From Emiliania huxleyi CCMP1516 (taxonomy: Eukaryota), in the NCBI RefSeq assembly GCF_000372725.1, contig NW_005201154.1, positions 50,181 to 70,180 on the forward strand: a DNA stretch of 20,000 nucleotides, given 5' to 3'. How positions within the stretch are numbered: the first letter of the stretch is position 1; each line of letters opens with the position of its first letter. Below are positions 19,640 to 20,000 of the stretch, piece by piece. The translations under genes and the position numbers were made by a program. The notes beneath the pieces are model-generated. The model was not told where the DNA came from and made no database searches. It was given only the letters and a program-made list of their open reading frames with translations.

Positions 19640-20000
19640 GAGCTCACCGATGAGCGCCTGCACGCCTGGCATGCCGCCGAGCCGGTGCAGCACGTCGGCG
19701 CGCGCGTGCTCCCAGACGCGCGAGACCGCCTACCGGAAGGCTCCGGGAAGGTTCAGGGAAGGCGCAGGAGGCAGGGGCTTCCGAGCAGTGCTCCCAAACA
19801 CGAGAGTCGGCCTGCTCCGCCCGGCGCGCGCGCAGCGCCCCCGCACGCCCCATCGTCGCTCTGAACTCCTCGATCACGTCTGCCACCGCGGCAGCGCTGC
19901 CCGGGTCGTGCATCGACGAAGTGATCACGCGCGGCGCCCAGGCGGCGTCGCGCGGCCGCAGGACAGACAGGGCTGCCCGGATGTCCTGGGCCGCCGCCTT
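19640..20000 (-). CDS. 3' part of an MMAA/MeaB/ArgK-family GTPase (exons >20000-19812 and 19729-19640)
   Basis: KAAAQDIRAALSVLRPRDAAWAPRVITSS...IEEFRATMGRAGALRARRAEQ|AVSRVWEHARADVLHRLGGMPGVQALIGEL resembles the MMAA C-terminal region (ALxxL...WxPxV...GxLxxxRxxQ...W). The GTPase core would lie beyond the window. Confidence 0.75.

Overview
GC-rich eukaryotic nuclear DNA with frequent GC-AG introns full of 10-11 nt tandem repeats, a style that suggests a haptophyte such as Emiliania/Gephyrocapsa huxleyi (inference). Host genes: a partial EF-hand-like protein, a frameshifted F-box protein, an L-rhamnose mutarotase-family protein, a 3-exon FKBP, an ankyrin protein, a multi-exon EF-hand protein, several hypothetical genes, the 3' half of a plastid-type glycerol-3-phosphate acyltransferase (GPAT) and the 3' part of an MMAA/MeaB GTPase. 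Mobile DNA: (1) a 1193-bp internally deleted Ty1/copia LTR element with 5-bp TSD, PBS, PPT and near-identical 187-bp LTRs that end in non-canonical CG...CG instead of TG...CA; (2) a 225-bp Harbinger-like MITE plus an orphan end of the same family, which together could bracket two genes; (3) a 553-bp hAT-like MITE with a 7-bp TSD and an internal 19-bp hairpin. Also notable are introns that carry duplicates of the adjacent exon start, and an apparent MMAA-GPAT chimeric junction. All family assignments come from motif recognition by eye, not database searches.
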